Positions 1-8,974 of a stretch of DNA of 64,000 nucleotides are shown piece by piece. Both the position numbers and the translations under genes were made by a program. The stretch spans positions 1,152,001 to 1,216,000 of the forward strand of contig CAWHFW010000005.1 of the NCBI GenBank assembly GCA_963828735.1, written 5' to 3'. The notes under the pieces are model-generated. The model did not search any database and was not told the origin of the DNA. It saw only the letters and a program-made list of their open reading frames with translations. The stretch is from an uncultured Gemmatimonadales bacterium (GTDB lineage: Bacteria > Gemmatimonadota > Gemmatimonadetes > Gemmatimonadales > GWC2-71-9). Each line of letters opens with the position of its first letter. Position 1 is the stretch's first letter.

Positions 1-1
1 C

Positions 2-1159
2 CAATCGGAGCTGCAGGTGAAGCAGGGTTACTTCGGACTCGCGCTGCAGCACGGCTCGCAGACCGAGACCGTGCCGTTCGTGGACCGGACCGATGATCTC
101 GAGTACCGCCTGGTCTCGTCCATCCGGAACCTGACTCGCGCCCACAAGCCCGCCATCGGGTTCGTGACGCAGCCGGCGACGGAACAGGGCAACAGCTATT
201 CGGCCCTCCAGGAGCAGCTGGGTAAGGCCTACGACGTGCGGCCCCTCGCGCTCACCGACTCGACGCAGCTGGACACGGCGGTCGCGGCCGTGGTACTCGC
301 GGGCGCGCCCGACTCGGTGCCGGCCGCGCAGCTCGCGCGGCTCCAGCGCTACGTGGACGGCGGCGGCAGCGTGCTCGTGCTCGCAGGTGGGATGGCGATC
401 TCGCCGCAGGAGCCGGTGGCGACCCCTCGCCCCGTGCCATGGAACGCGCTGCTCCAGCGGTTCGGCGTCTCGATCCGCAGCGACATCACCTACGACCTCG
501 TCGCCAACGAGGCGGTCCCGCTGCCGAGCGACTACGGACGGGTCCTGCAGGTCTATCCCTTCTTCATCCGGGCGGAGAGCACCCGTCGGTCGACCATCAA
601 TCAGGACCTCGGCGCGGCCGTCATGACCTGGGCGAGCACCATCGACACCGCCAAGGCGGCGCCCGGGACGATCACGCCGCTGCTGCTCACCAGCGCGTCG
701 TCGGGCACGTTCACAGACGCGACGTCGATCGATCCACGAAGCGACTTCCCGCAGACGCAGCTCGGCCGCCGCCTGCTCGGGGTCGTGGCGGCGCCCAAGG
801 TCGCCCCCAGGGGTGCCAGGAGCGGGCGGGCGGTCGCCATCGGCAGCACCGACTTCGCCACCGACCGGTTCGTGCAAGGCGCTCCGGAGAACCTTGCTCT
901 CGCGCTCAACGCGATCGACTGGCTCGCGCAGGATGAGGACCTGATCGCCATCCGCTCCAAGGACCGCCGTCCGGTCCCGCTGGTCTTCGAGACGGCCGTG
1001 CAGCGCGAGGCCGCGAAGTACGCCAACCTGATCGGCCTGCCGGTCCTCGTCGCGCTGGTGGGCATGGGGCATCTGGTCCGCCGGCGCCGGCGGACGCGGG
1101 AGCCCTATCGGCCGCTCGCCCCTGCCGAAAAGCTCCAGGCCCGCGAGGTCATCGTATGA
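2..1159 (+). CDS. GldG-like ABC transporter auxiliary component (5'-partial)
   Basis: Frame is open from the window edge. Motifs DLEYRL..IRNL, L..YVDGGGSVLV and N.LALNAIDWL..DEDLIAIRSK..RP plus a C-terminal TM helix are typical of GldG/ABC_transp_aux. Confidence 0.8.
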   Translation, partial: QSELQVKQGYFGLALQHGSQTETVPFVDRTDDLEYRLVSSIRNLTRAHKPAIGFVTQPATEQGNSYSALQEQLGKAYDVRPLALTDSTQLDTAVAAVVLAGAPDSVPAAQLARLQRYVDGGGSVLVLAGGMAISPQEPVATPRPVPWNALLQRFGVSIRSDITYDLVANEAVPLPSDYGRVLQVYPFFIRAESTRRSTINQDLGAAVMTWASTIDTAKAAPGTITPLLLTSASSGTFTDATSIDPRSDFPQTQLGRRLLGVVAAPKVAPRGARSGRAVAIGSTDFATDRFVQGAPENLALALNAIDWLAQDEDLIAIRSKDRRPVPLVFETAVQREAAKYANLIGLPVLVALVGMGHLVRRRRRTREPYRPLAPAEKLQAREVIV

Positions 1160-2088
1160 GCGCGAGGCAGCTCCTCCGGCTGGTGCTCGTCTTCCTTGGT
1201 CTCCTCGTGCTCTGGGGAGCCGCGGCCCTGGGCCGCCGTCACGCCGCCGCTTCGCCCTCGGGCGAGGCGTTCCGGCTCCCACCGATCGCGCGGGATGCAG
1301 TGGATACGGTGGTGCTGGCGAGGGCGGCGGATACCGTCGTGCTCGCGCGGAAGGACAGCTCGTGGACGGCGAACGGCCATCCTGCGGCGCCCCAGGCGGT
1401 GAGAGAGCTGGTCGATGCCCTGGCGGACACCAGCTCGGCCAGCGAACTCGTCGCCGAACGTCGCGCGTCCCAGGCCTCACTCGGCGTGGACAGTGCGGGC
1501 GGCACGCACGTGCGGGTGAAAGGCAAAGGGGCGACGCTTGCCGACCTGGTAGCGGGCCATGGATCTCCCGACTTCTCCGGCGGGTATGTGCGCATGACCG
1601 ATCAGGAGCGAACCTGGCTGGTCCACGGCCGGCTCGTCGAAGTCCTGACCCGTCCGAGCGACGAGTGGCGGGATCGTCGCATCGCCTCGGTGCCGGCGGA
1701 TAGCGTCGGCGCCATCGAGGTGTCCCGCGGTGCTCGGCACTACGAGCTGCGCCGCGACGGTACCCGCTGGACGCTGGTGCCGGGCGGTCCGGCGGACTCG
1801 GCGCGCGCGGCCGGCCTGGTGGACGCCTATCGGACGGTCGAGGCAGCCGGCTTCGCCTCGCCGGCCCAGGCCGATTCGGCACGCTTCACGTCACCGGACC
1901 GCCGGGCCCGGGTCGTGCGGAAGGACGGCTCACCCCTGCTCTCCCTCCTGTTCGACTCGACGGCGTCGGGGATGTGGGTCCGGAGTGACACCGGAAAAAC
2001 GATCTACCGGATGGATGCCTACGCCGCCGATCGGCTCGCGCCACCGGATTCCGCGTTACGGCCGCCGCGCCCGCTGGCGAAGCACTAG
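1156..2088 (+). CDS. DUF4340 domain protein
   Basis: N-terminal TM, ATGA overlap with the GldG-like gene, duplicated beta-rich domain with WRDRRI motif; usual partner of GldG operons. Confidence 0.75.
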   Translation: MSARQLLRLVLVFLGLLVLWGAAALGRRHAAASPSGEAFRLPPIARDAVDTVVLARAADTVVLARKDSSWTANGHPAAPQAVRELVDALADTSSASELVAERRASQASLGVDSAGGTHVRVKGKGATLADLVAGHGSPDFSGGYVRMTDQERTWLVHGRLVEVLTRPSDEWRDRRIASVPADSVGAIEVSRGARHYELRRDGTRWTLVPGGPADSARAAGLVDAYRTVEAAGFASPAQADSARFTSPDRRARVVRKDGSPLLSLLFDSTASGMWVRSDTGKTIYRMDAYAADRLAPPDSALRPPRPLAKH

Positions 2089-2110
2089 CGAGGTCAGCGC
2101 GGGGAACCTG

Positions 2111-2143
2111 AAAGGGGACATGCACGATTGCATGTCCCCTTTT
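2111..2143 (+). terminator. Intrinsic terminator hairpin
   Basis: Perfect 14-bp stem AAAGGGGACATGCA-cgat-TGCATGTCCCCTTT just after the DUF4340 stop. Confidence 0.75.
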
Positions 2144-2163
2144 GCGCGTGGGCCGTTCGGCGC

Positions 2164-2244
2164 TCAGGCGCCGGGCATATGATAGTAGAACTGCTCGCGA
2201 ACGATCTTCCCGTCCTTCACGGTATAGAGCGCCATCTCGGTCAT
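2164..2244 (-). pseudogene. 3' remnant of a SnoaL/NTF2-like gene
   Basis: Minus strand reads MTEMALYTVKDGKIVREQFYYHMPGA*, the characteristic SnoaL-like C-terminus. An in-frame TGA lies 5 codons upstream (2257-2259). Confidence 0.65.
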
Positions 2245-2412
2245 CCCACATGTTCGTCACGACTTGCGACCGACCGGTCATTGACCGCGGCGCTGGGCGC
2301 TCGCCCTCGCGGTGACCGTGTTGAGGCGGCGCGCCTCCCGCCGCCTTCTCAACCCGTTTCATTGCATAGTGTTACCATGCAGCATTCGATTGCTCAGCAC
2401 CCTGCGATCGTG

Positions 2413-2440
2413 TTGACATCCGAAAATGCGTGTATATACT
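2413..2440 (+). promoter_or_regulatory. Sigma70 promoter of marR (probably leaderless)
   Basis: TTGACA (2413-2418), 16 nt, TATACT (2435-2440); ATG 6 nt downstream with no SD. Confidence 0.7.
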
Positions 2441-2446
2441 CCTACT

Positions 2447-2908
2447 ATGACTGCATCCCGTCACCACCTGACGCCCGCGGAGGCGCTCGACCTCCGACAG
2501 TGCGCCTGCCTCAATCTGCGCCAGGCCACCCGAGCCGTCACCCAGTTGTACGACGACTTCCTCCGCCCCACTGGCCTTCGCATTACCCAGTTCTCCCTGC
2601 TCGCGGTCATCAAGATCACCGGGGGTGCGAGCATCGGTGATCTCGCGGACGCGGCGGTGATGGACCGGACCACGCTCACCAGGAACTTGAAGCTGCTCGA
2701 AACGATGAAGCTGATTCGGAGCGCCGAGGGCGACGATGCGCGCGTCCGTCTGGTGACGTTGACGAAGGCCGGCGAAGCCCGCCTCGCCGCGGCGCAGCCG
2801 TACTGGGAGAAGGCGCAGCGGCACATGACCGAGCGGCTCGGCCGTCCTGAGCTGGGCCGGCTGCTGGCAGGCCTCTCGGGCGCGGTCGCGGCGGGACAGT
2901 CGCGCTGA
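2447..2908 (+). CDS. MarR family transcriptional regulator
   Basis: CACLNLRQATRAVTQLYD, TQFSLL, MDRTTLTRNLKLLE and D.RVRLV.LT..G winged-helix motifs. Confidence 0.93.
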   Translation: MTASRHHLTPAEALDLRQCACLNLRQATRAVTQLYDDFLRPTGLRITQFSLLAVIKITGGASIGDLADAAVMDRTTLTRNLKLLETMKLIRSAEGDDARVRLVTLTKAGEARLAAAQPYWEKAQRHMTERLGRPELGRLLAGLSGAVAAGQSR

Positions 2909-2933
2909 GGAGCCGCGCGTCTTTTGTGAGAAA

Positions 2934-2951
2934 TATGTGTGGATACACATA
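2934..2951. promoter_or_regulatory. Putative MarR operator
   Basis: Palindrome TATGTGT-ggat-ACACATA. A related sequence (12/18 identical) overlaps the marR -10 at 2427-2444. Confidence 0.6.
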
Positions 2952-2992
2952 CACGCCGGAGTGAGCCGCTCCGTGCTTCGGCGGGAGGACCC

Positions 2993-3949
2993 ATGACGTG
3001 GACCATGATAGTGCTCGCGGTCGCGACCGGCACGGTCGCGATCTCGTACCTCGTGGACGCCATGAGGGGTTCGGCATCGGCGGCGCCCAGGCTGAGCTGG
3101 TCGCCCACCACGCTCGTCCGGTCGATCGAGGTGGATGGCGTGAACCTTCGCTACATCGTCGCCGGCGAGGGGCCCGCCATCGTGCTCCTGCATACCCTGC
3201 GCACCCAGCTCGACATGTTCCAGAAGGTGATCCCCACGCTCGCGGCCCGCTTCCGGGTGTACGCGCTGGACTACCCCGGCCACGGCTGGTCCGACATTCC
3301 CGACGCCCGCTACGACGCCGAGTATTTCGTGACCACGGTCTCCAAAGCGCTGGATCGCCTGGAGGTGCGGGACGCAGTGGTGGTCGGGGAGTCCATCGGC
3401 GGCAGCATCGCCCTGTTGCTCGCAGCCAGGCGCCATCCCCGCGTCCGGGCGGTCGTCGCTGTCAACCCGTACGACTACGGCCGCGGGGGCGGCCTCCGGC
3501 GCAGCTCCCTGCTGGCGAATGTGATCTTCGGCCTGAACGACGTTCCGGTGCTCGGCGCGACCGTCAATCGACTGCGCTCCTTGCCCGTCGTCACCCGAGT
3601 CTTCGAAGGCGGGCTCCGCCGGAAGGGAGCGCTGCCCGGTGACCTGGCCCGTGAGATGTACCTCGTAGGAAACCGTCCGGGTCACTCCCGTGCCTTCGGG
3701 TCGCTCGTGCGCCACTGGAGCACGTGGGAGGACACGCGCGCCGAGTACGGTGCCATCGACCGACCGGTGCTCCTCATCTATGGGGATCACGACTGGTCCC
3801 ACGAGGACGAGAGCGCCGCCAACGCCCGCGCGATCCCGCGCGTGGACCTTCGCATCGTCCGGAACGCCGGCCATTTCTTGTCGCTCGACGCGCCGGACGA
3901 GATGCTGGCGCAGGTGCTGCCCTGGGTACAATCGCTTCCGGCTCGTTGA
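2993..3949 (+). CDS. Alpha/beta fold hydrolase
   Basis: GESIGG nucleophile elbow, DYPGHGWS, IYGDHD, NAGHF; GGAGG SD before ATG 2993; N-terminal hydrophobic helix. Confidence 0.9.
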   Translation: MTWTMIVLAVATGTVAISYLVDAMRGSASAAPRLSWSPTTLVRSIEVDGVNLRYIVAGEGPAIVLLHTLRTQLDMFQKVIPTLAARFRVYALDYPGHGWSDIPDARYDAEYFVTTVSKALDRLEVRDAVVVGESIGGSIALLLAARRHPRVRAVVAVNPYDYGRGGGLRRSSLLANVIFGLNDVPVLGATVNRLRSLPVVTRVFEGGLRRKGALPGDLAREMYLVGNRPGHSRAFGSLVRHWSTWEDTRAEYGAIDRPVLLIYGDHDWSHEDESAANARAIPRVDLRIVRNAGHFLSLDAPDEMLAQVLPWVQSLPAR

Positions 3950-4021
3950 CGGGAGCGTCGGCAGGCACCTATCCCCTGGCACCTCGGAAGGGTTCCCCTC
4001 GATACATGGGCGAACACGCGA

Positions 4022-4056
4022 AAGGCGGCGGTGTCGAGATCCGACACCTCCGCCTT
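4022..4056. terminator. Hairpin between convergent genes
   Basis: AAGGCGGcGGTGTCG-agatc-CGACACCtCCGCCTT between the hydrolase and pilC stops. Confidence 0.55.
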
Positions 4057-4090
4057 CGCCGAGCCCTGGCCAGGCCGAAAAGCCGGCCGT

Positions 4091-5293
4091 CTACTGTACC
4101 GCGTTCATCATGTCGAAGATCGGCAGGTACATCGCGATGACCATGCCGCCGACGATCACGCCCAGGATGACGATCATCGCCGGCTCCATGAGGCTCAGGA
4201 GCGCGCCCACCGCGACGTCCACTTCCTCGTCGTAGAAGTCGGCGATCTTGCTCAGCATCTCGTCCAGGCCGCCGGTCTGCTCGCCCACCGCGATCATGCT
4301 GATGACCATCGGCGGAAACACCTTCGACTTCTCGAGAGGGGCCGCGATCGTTTCGCCGCCAGCGATGCTCTGCCGCGACTGCATGACCGCGTTGTGAACC
4401 ACCATGTTGCCGGCCGTCTTGGCCGTGATCTCCAGGCCCTCGAGGATGCTCACGCCCGAGCTCACCAGCGTGCCGAGCGTCCGGGTGAAGCGCGACACCG
4501 CCGACTTCCGGAGCACGTCGCCGAGCACCGGCGCCTTGAGCATGGCCGCGTCGATCTGGAGGCGGCCCGCCGGCGTGCTGTAATAGCTGCGCACGCCGAA
4601 GACGAAGCCGCCGATGGCCAGCAGGATGGCCCACCAGAAGTGGATCAGGAAGTTCGACATCCCGATCACGATCCGCGTCGGCAGCGGCAGCTCCAGGTTC
4701 GCCGAGGCGAACATGCTCTGGAACGTCGGGATGACGAAGATCAGCAGCACCGCGATGGCCACCATGGCCACGCTGATGATGACGCCCGGGTACACCATGG
4801 CGCCCTTCACCTTGCGGACCAGGGCATCGTTCTTCTCGAGGAACGTGGCCAGGCGGAGGAGAATCGTGTCGAGAATACCGCCGGCCTCACCGGCGGCCAC
4901 CATGTTCACGTAGAGCCCGCTGAACGCCTTCGGGTGCTTGGAGAACGCGTCGGCGAGCGTGTTGCCGCTCTCGACGTCGTAGACCACCGCCCGAGTGACG
5001 TCGGCCAGCGCCTTGTTCTCGGTCTGCGACGCCAGGATGTTCAGCGACTGCACCAGCGGCAGGCCGGCGTTGATCATCGTCGCGAACTGGCGCGTGAAGA
5101 TGACGATGTCGCGCGTCTTGATGCGCGGCGCGCCAAAGCTGAGCTTGATCTGCTTGGGCGCCTCCCGCACGCTCACCATGATCATGCGGTTCTTGCGCAG
5201 GTAGGCGGTGACGTCGTCCTTGGAGGAGACGTCCATCTGACCCTTCTGGATCTGACCCGTCTGCGAGCGGGCGGTATACTCGAACATCGGCAT
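4091..5293 (-). CDS. pilC: Type IV pilus inner-membrane platform protein (T2SS F family)
   Basis: FTRQFATMINAGLPL, GEAGGILD, GAMVYP, GEQTGGLDEML, EP and YLPIF motifs; follows pilB-pilT. Confidence 0.95.
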   Translation of the reverse strand: MPMFEYTARSQTGQIQKGQMDVSSKDDVTAYLRKNRMIMVSVREAPKQIKLSFGAPRIKTRDIVIFTRQFATMINAGLPLVQSLNILASQTENKALADVTRAVVYDVESGNTLADAFSKHPKAFSGLYVNMVAAGEAGGILDTILLRLATFLEKNDALVRKVKGAMVYPGVIISVAMVAIAVLLIFVIPTFQSMFASANLELPLPTRIVIGMSNFLIHFWWAILLAIGGFVFGVRSYYSTPAGRLQIDAAMLKAPVLGDVLRKSAVSRFTRTLGTLVSSGVSILEGLEITAKTAGNMVVHNAVMQSRQSIAGGETIAAPLEKSKVFPPMVISMIAVGEQTGGLDEMLSKIADFYDEEVDVAVGALLSLMEPAMIVILGVIVGGMVIAMYLPIFDMMNAVQ

Positions 5294-5308
5294 CGTGGTA
5301 GTCTCCGG

Positions 5309-6436
5309 TTAACGGCGGCCGGCGTTGGCGCGCGCCCTGTCGATGGGCGCGATATCCTGGTCTTCCATCGGCGTCACCCCGATCATCCGGAGGAACTCCT
5401 TCGGCTCCGACGATACACGCTCGCACTCCTCCTGGCTCACCTCGCGATTCGTGAAGAGCTGGAAAAGCGCGTCGTTCATCGTCTGCATGCCGTGCTTCTT
5501 GCCGGACTGCATGGCGGAATAGATCTGGTGAATCTTGTCGTCGCGGATGAGCGCGCGAATCGCGGGCGTGGCGACCATGATCTCGCAGGCCATCACGCGG
5601 CCGCGGCCGCGGACCTTGGGAAGCAGCGTCTGGGTCACGACGCCCTCGAGCACGAAGGCCAGCTGGGCCCGCACCTGCGACTGCTGGTTCGACGGAAACA
5701 CGTCGATGATTCGGTTGATCGACTCGGCCGCGGAGTTCGTGTGCAGGGTGGCGAGGGCCAGGTGCCCCGTCTCCGCGATGGTAAGGGCCGCGGCGATCGT
5801 CTCCAGGTCTCGCATCTCACCGACCAGGATCACGTCGGGATCTTCACGCAGCGCGTACTTGAGCGCGGTCTGGAAGCTCTTCGTGTCCGTGCCAATCTCG
5901 CGCTGGTTGACGATGCAGCTCTGATGGCGGTGGATGAACTCGATCGGGTCCTCCACCGTGATGATGTGCCCCTTCCGCTCCTTGTTGATCTTGTCGATGA
6001 TCGCGGCCAGCGTGGTGCTCTTACCCGAGCCCGTCGGTCCCGTCACCAGAATCAGCCCGCGCGGCCGCTCGGCCAGCTTGGCGATAACCGGCGGCAGCCC
6101 AAGCTCCTGGAAGGTTCGCACATTGAACGGAATCATGCGGATTACCATGGACACGCAGCCCCGCTGCTTGAAGCAGTTGCCGCGGAAGCGAGCTAAGTTC
6201 TGAATTCCGAACGAGAAGTCGAGCTCGTCCTCGGTCTCGAACCGCTTCTTCTGGTTCTCGGTCAGGACCGAGTAGGCCAGCTGGAGCGTGTCCTTGGGGG
6301 TCAGGACTTCGGTGACCGAGCTGTCGGCGATGTCGCCGTCGACGCGCAGCTTGGGCCGCTCACCCGTGGTGATGTGGAGGTCGGACGCCTCCTTCTCGAT
6401 CATTTCCTCGAGCAGCGCCCGCAGATTGAAGCTCAT
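5309..6436 (-). CDS. pilT: Type IV pilus retraction ATPase
   Basis: Walker A GPTGSGKST, EDPIEF, LREDPDVILVGEMRD, AIRALIR and GMQTM motifs. Confidence 0.95.
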   Translation of the reverse strand: MSFNLRALLEEMIEKEASDLHITTGERPKLRVDGDIADSSVTEVLTPKDTLQLAYSVLTENQKKRFETEDELDFSFGIQNLARFRGNCFKQRGCVSMVIRMIPFNVRTFQELGLPPVIAKLAERPRGLILVTGPTGSGKSTTLAAIIDKINKERKGHIITVEDPIEFIHRHQSCIVNQREIGTDTKSFQTALKYALREDPDVILVGEMRDLETIAAALTIAETGHLALATLHTNSAAESINRIIDVFPSNQQSQVRAQLAFVLEGVVTQTLLPKVRGRGRVMACEIMVATPAIRALIRDDKIHQIYSAMQSGKKHGMQTMNDALFQLFTNREVSQEECERVSSEPKEFLRMIGVTPMEDQDIAPIDRARANAGRR

Positions 6437-8151
6437 CCGGCTGTCTCCTTGACCACTTCTTCGAGGGTGGTGATGCCGCGCTCGATCTTCTTGATGCCGT
6501 CCATGCGCAAGGTGAGCATCCCCTCGGAGACCGCCTGATCCTGCATCTCGGAGACGGAAGCGCCGCGGAGAATCATTCGCCGCAGCTCGGGCGACATCGC
6601 CATGACCTCATAGAGGCCTGCCCGGCCCTTGTAGCCAGTGCCGTTGCAGGTATCGCAGCCGGTGCCCTTCATGAACGGAATTGCCCGCAGTTTCTCAAGA
6701 TCCGTGCCCAGGGAGGCAATTTGGTCCTCGGTGTACTTGTGCGGACCTTTGCACTCCTTGCAGATGCGCCGGACCAATCGCTGTGCCGCGACGAGGTTTA
6801 CGGCGCTGGCCACGTTGAAGGCCTCGATGCCCATGTCGATCATACGGGTGATCGTGCTGGGGGCGTCGTTGGTGTGCAGCGTGGAGAGCACCAGGTGGCC
6901 GGTGAGCGCGGCCTTGATGGCAATGCCGCCCGTCTCCAGGTCCCGGATCTCGCCGATCATGATGATGTTCGGGTCCTGCCGCAGGAACGCCTTGAGCGCG
7001 GCCGCGAAGGTGAGGCCGATCTCGGTTCGCACCAGCACCTGGTTGATGCCCATCAGGTTGTACTCGACCGGATCCTCGGCGGTCATGATGTTGACTTCGG
7101 GCGTGTTGACCCGGGACAGCGCCGAGTAGAGTGTCGTCGTCTTGCCCGAGCCCGTCGGGCCGGTGACGAGCACCATGCCGTACGGGTTCAGGATCGCCTT
7201 CATCAGGTCCTTCTCCGCCTTCACCTCGAACCCGAACTTGGTCAGGTCGAGGGTGAGGTTCCCCTTGTCGAGGATTCGGAGCACGATCTTCTCGCCGTAC
7301 AGCACCGGCAGCGTCGAGACGCGGAAGTCGATGACGCGGTTCCCCATCTTGAGCTTGAGGCGCCCGTCCTGGGGAACGCGCCGCTCGGCGATGTTGAGCT
7401 GCGAGAGGATCTTGATGCGTGAGGTGAGCGCCGCCTTCATCCTGAGCGGCGGACGCATGATCTCGAGCAGCGCGCCGTCGATCCGGTAGCGCACCCGGAT
7501 CTCGTGTTCGAACGGCTCGATGTGGATGTCGCTCGCGCCCCGCTTCACCGCCTCGATCAGCAACCCGTTGATGAGTTTGACCACCGGCGCGTCCTCGATC
7601 TGCGCCTGGGTGGCGGTCTCTTCCTCCTGTTCCTCGACGACCTCCAGGTCCTCGCCCGCGGCCTCCATGTCCTTGAGGAGGGTATCGAGCTCCTGCTGGT
7701 TGTTGCCCGACTGGTAGTGCTTTTCGATCAGCGCGCGCAGGGTGTACTCCCCGGCGATGACCGGGAAGAGATCGAAGCGGGTGATGAACTTGAGGTCTTC
7801 GAGCAGGCCGAGGTCGCTCGGATCGGCCATGGCGACGGTGAGCGTCCGCCCTTCGCGCTTGAGCGGGAGCACGACGCCTTTGGCGGCCATGTCCCCGGGC
7901 ACGAGCTTCAGGATCTTGGGGTCGACATCGAACCGCGACAGATCCACCGCCGGCATCCGGTACTGGCGGGCGAGGATCTTGGTGATCTCGATTTCCGGGA
8001 CGAGCCCCAGCTTCACCAGGACGAAGCCCAGGCGTTGCTTGGAGGCCTTCTGCTCGAGGAGCGCCTGTGTGAGCTGCTCGCGCGAGATGAGGCCATCACG
8101 CAGAAGGTTTTCGCCGAGCCGGTCGCTGCCGCCCGCCGCTGCGGTTGCCAT
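6433..8151 (-). CDS. pilB: Type IV pilus assembly ATPase
   Basis: N-terminal RLGE.L motif, ASDIHIEP, GPTGSGKTT, LRQDPN, tetra-Cys Zn motif (CKEC...CDTC). Confidence 0.95.
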   Translation of the reverse strand: MATAAAGGSDRLGENLLRDGLISREQLTQALLEQKASKQRLGFVLVKLGLVPEIEITKILARQYRMPAVDLSRFDVDPKILKLVPGDMAAKGVVLPLKREGRTLTVAMADPSDLGLLEDLKFITRFDLFPVIAGEYTLRALIEKHYQSGNNQQELDTLLKDMEAAGEDLEVVEEQEEETATQAQIEDAPVVKLINGLLIEAVKRGASDIHIEPFEHEIRVRYRIDGALLEIMRPPLRMKAALTSRIKILSQLNIAERRVPQDGRLKLKMGNRVIDFRVSTLPVLYGEKIVLRILDKGNLTLDLTKFGFEVKAEKDLMKAILNPYGMVLVTGPTGSGKTTTLYSALSRVNTPEVNIMTAEDPVEYNLMGINQVLVRTEIGLTFAAALKAFLRQDPNIIMIGEIRDLETGGIAIKAALTGHLVLSTLHTNDAPSTITRMIDMGIEAFNVASAVNLVAAQRLVRRICKECKGPHKYTEDQIASLGTDLEKLRAIPFMKGTGCDTCNGTGYKGRAGLYEVMAMSPELRRMILRGASVSEMQDQAVSEGMLTLRMDGIKKIERGITTLEEVVKETAG

Positions 8152-8221
8152 TGAGTCCCGTGAGATCCGGATATGAGAGTGGTCGGGAGTGCAAGCGGCT
8201 GAAACCCGCGGAGACGGTGGG

Positions 8222-8881
8222 TCATCGACCCCCTACGCTCACGCGATCCTTCAGCCGAGCCAGGGCAGCCGCACCGAAACCCGGTACCCGAGCTAATTCT
8301 TGCACAGCACGGAACGGGCCGTTGGTCTCCCTATAGCTGACGATGGCCCGGGCGCCGGCCGGGCCGATGCCCGGGAGGGCGTCCAACATCGAGACATCGG
8401 CGGTGTTCAGGTTCACGACGGCCGCACCGGAAGGATCGGCCGGAGCCCCCGGCCGCGTTGAGGTTACCGCGAGCCTAGCGCCCAGGGACGAGGGCCCGGA
8501 GAAGGCAAGGTGCGGGCCTATGGCGGCCAGGAGACCGGCCCCGACGCCGGGGACCCGGTCGAGGCCGGCCAGCTCCCCGAATGGACCCCGAGCCTCGCGA
8601 TCCGCCACGATTTTCTTGGCGAGCGCGAGACCTACCCGGGGCAGCCTGGCCAGATCCGTGGCGGAGGCCCGGTCCGCATCGATTCGCTCGGAGGGACCGA
8701 GGGGCCGCGCGCGGGCGAGGATGCTGTCCCGGTGCGCGGCCGGCGAGCGCGGCGGCAGGGCGGCCAGTAGCTGGATTTCGCCCGGTGCATCGCCGGGCCT
8801 GACCAGCCACCAGCGGACACCCTGGCCCACGAGCCCCAGCGAGAGCAGCAGGAGCAGCGCGCGACGTTCCGCGGCGGACAT
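8222..8881 (-). CDS. comEA: ComEA-like helix-hairpin-helix DNA-binding protein (two HhH modules)
   Basis: N-terminal TM; LPRVG..LA..IV..R...GPF and NLNTA...LDALPGIGP..A.AIV.YRE.NGPF. Confidence 0.8.
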   Translation of the reverse strand: MSAAERRALLLLLSLGLVGQGVRWWLVRPGDAPGEIQLLAALPPRSPAAHRDSILARARPLGPSERIDADRASATDLARLPRVGLALAKKIVADREARGPFGELAGLDRVPGVGAGLLAAIGPHLAFSGPSSLGARLAVTSTRPGAPADPSGAAVVNLNTADVSMLDALPGIGPAGARAIVSYRETNGPFRAVQELARVPGFGAAALARLKDRVSVGGR

Positions 8882-8974
8882 GGAACGATGCTAGATCTGC
8901 GGGGAGGATGGTGCAGAGGCAGGATGCCGCGCGAGAGGCCGGAATCGCGCGGCGAGGTGACGGCGATTTCGGCG

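Noticed and set aside
2..2088. GldG-like gene as evidence of Bacteroidota-type gliding
   Set aside because: GldG/DUF4340 ABC operons are widespread in non-gliding bacteria, and no gldKLMN or sprB is present in the window.
2268..2282. GACCGACCGGTCAT resembling the TetR operator at 62898
   Set aside because: Imperfect, not positioned at a recognisable promoter, and GC-rich palindromes of this length occur by chance.
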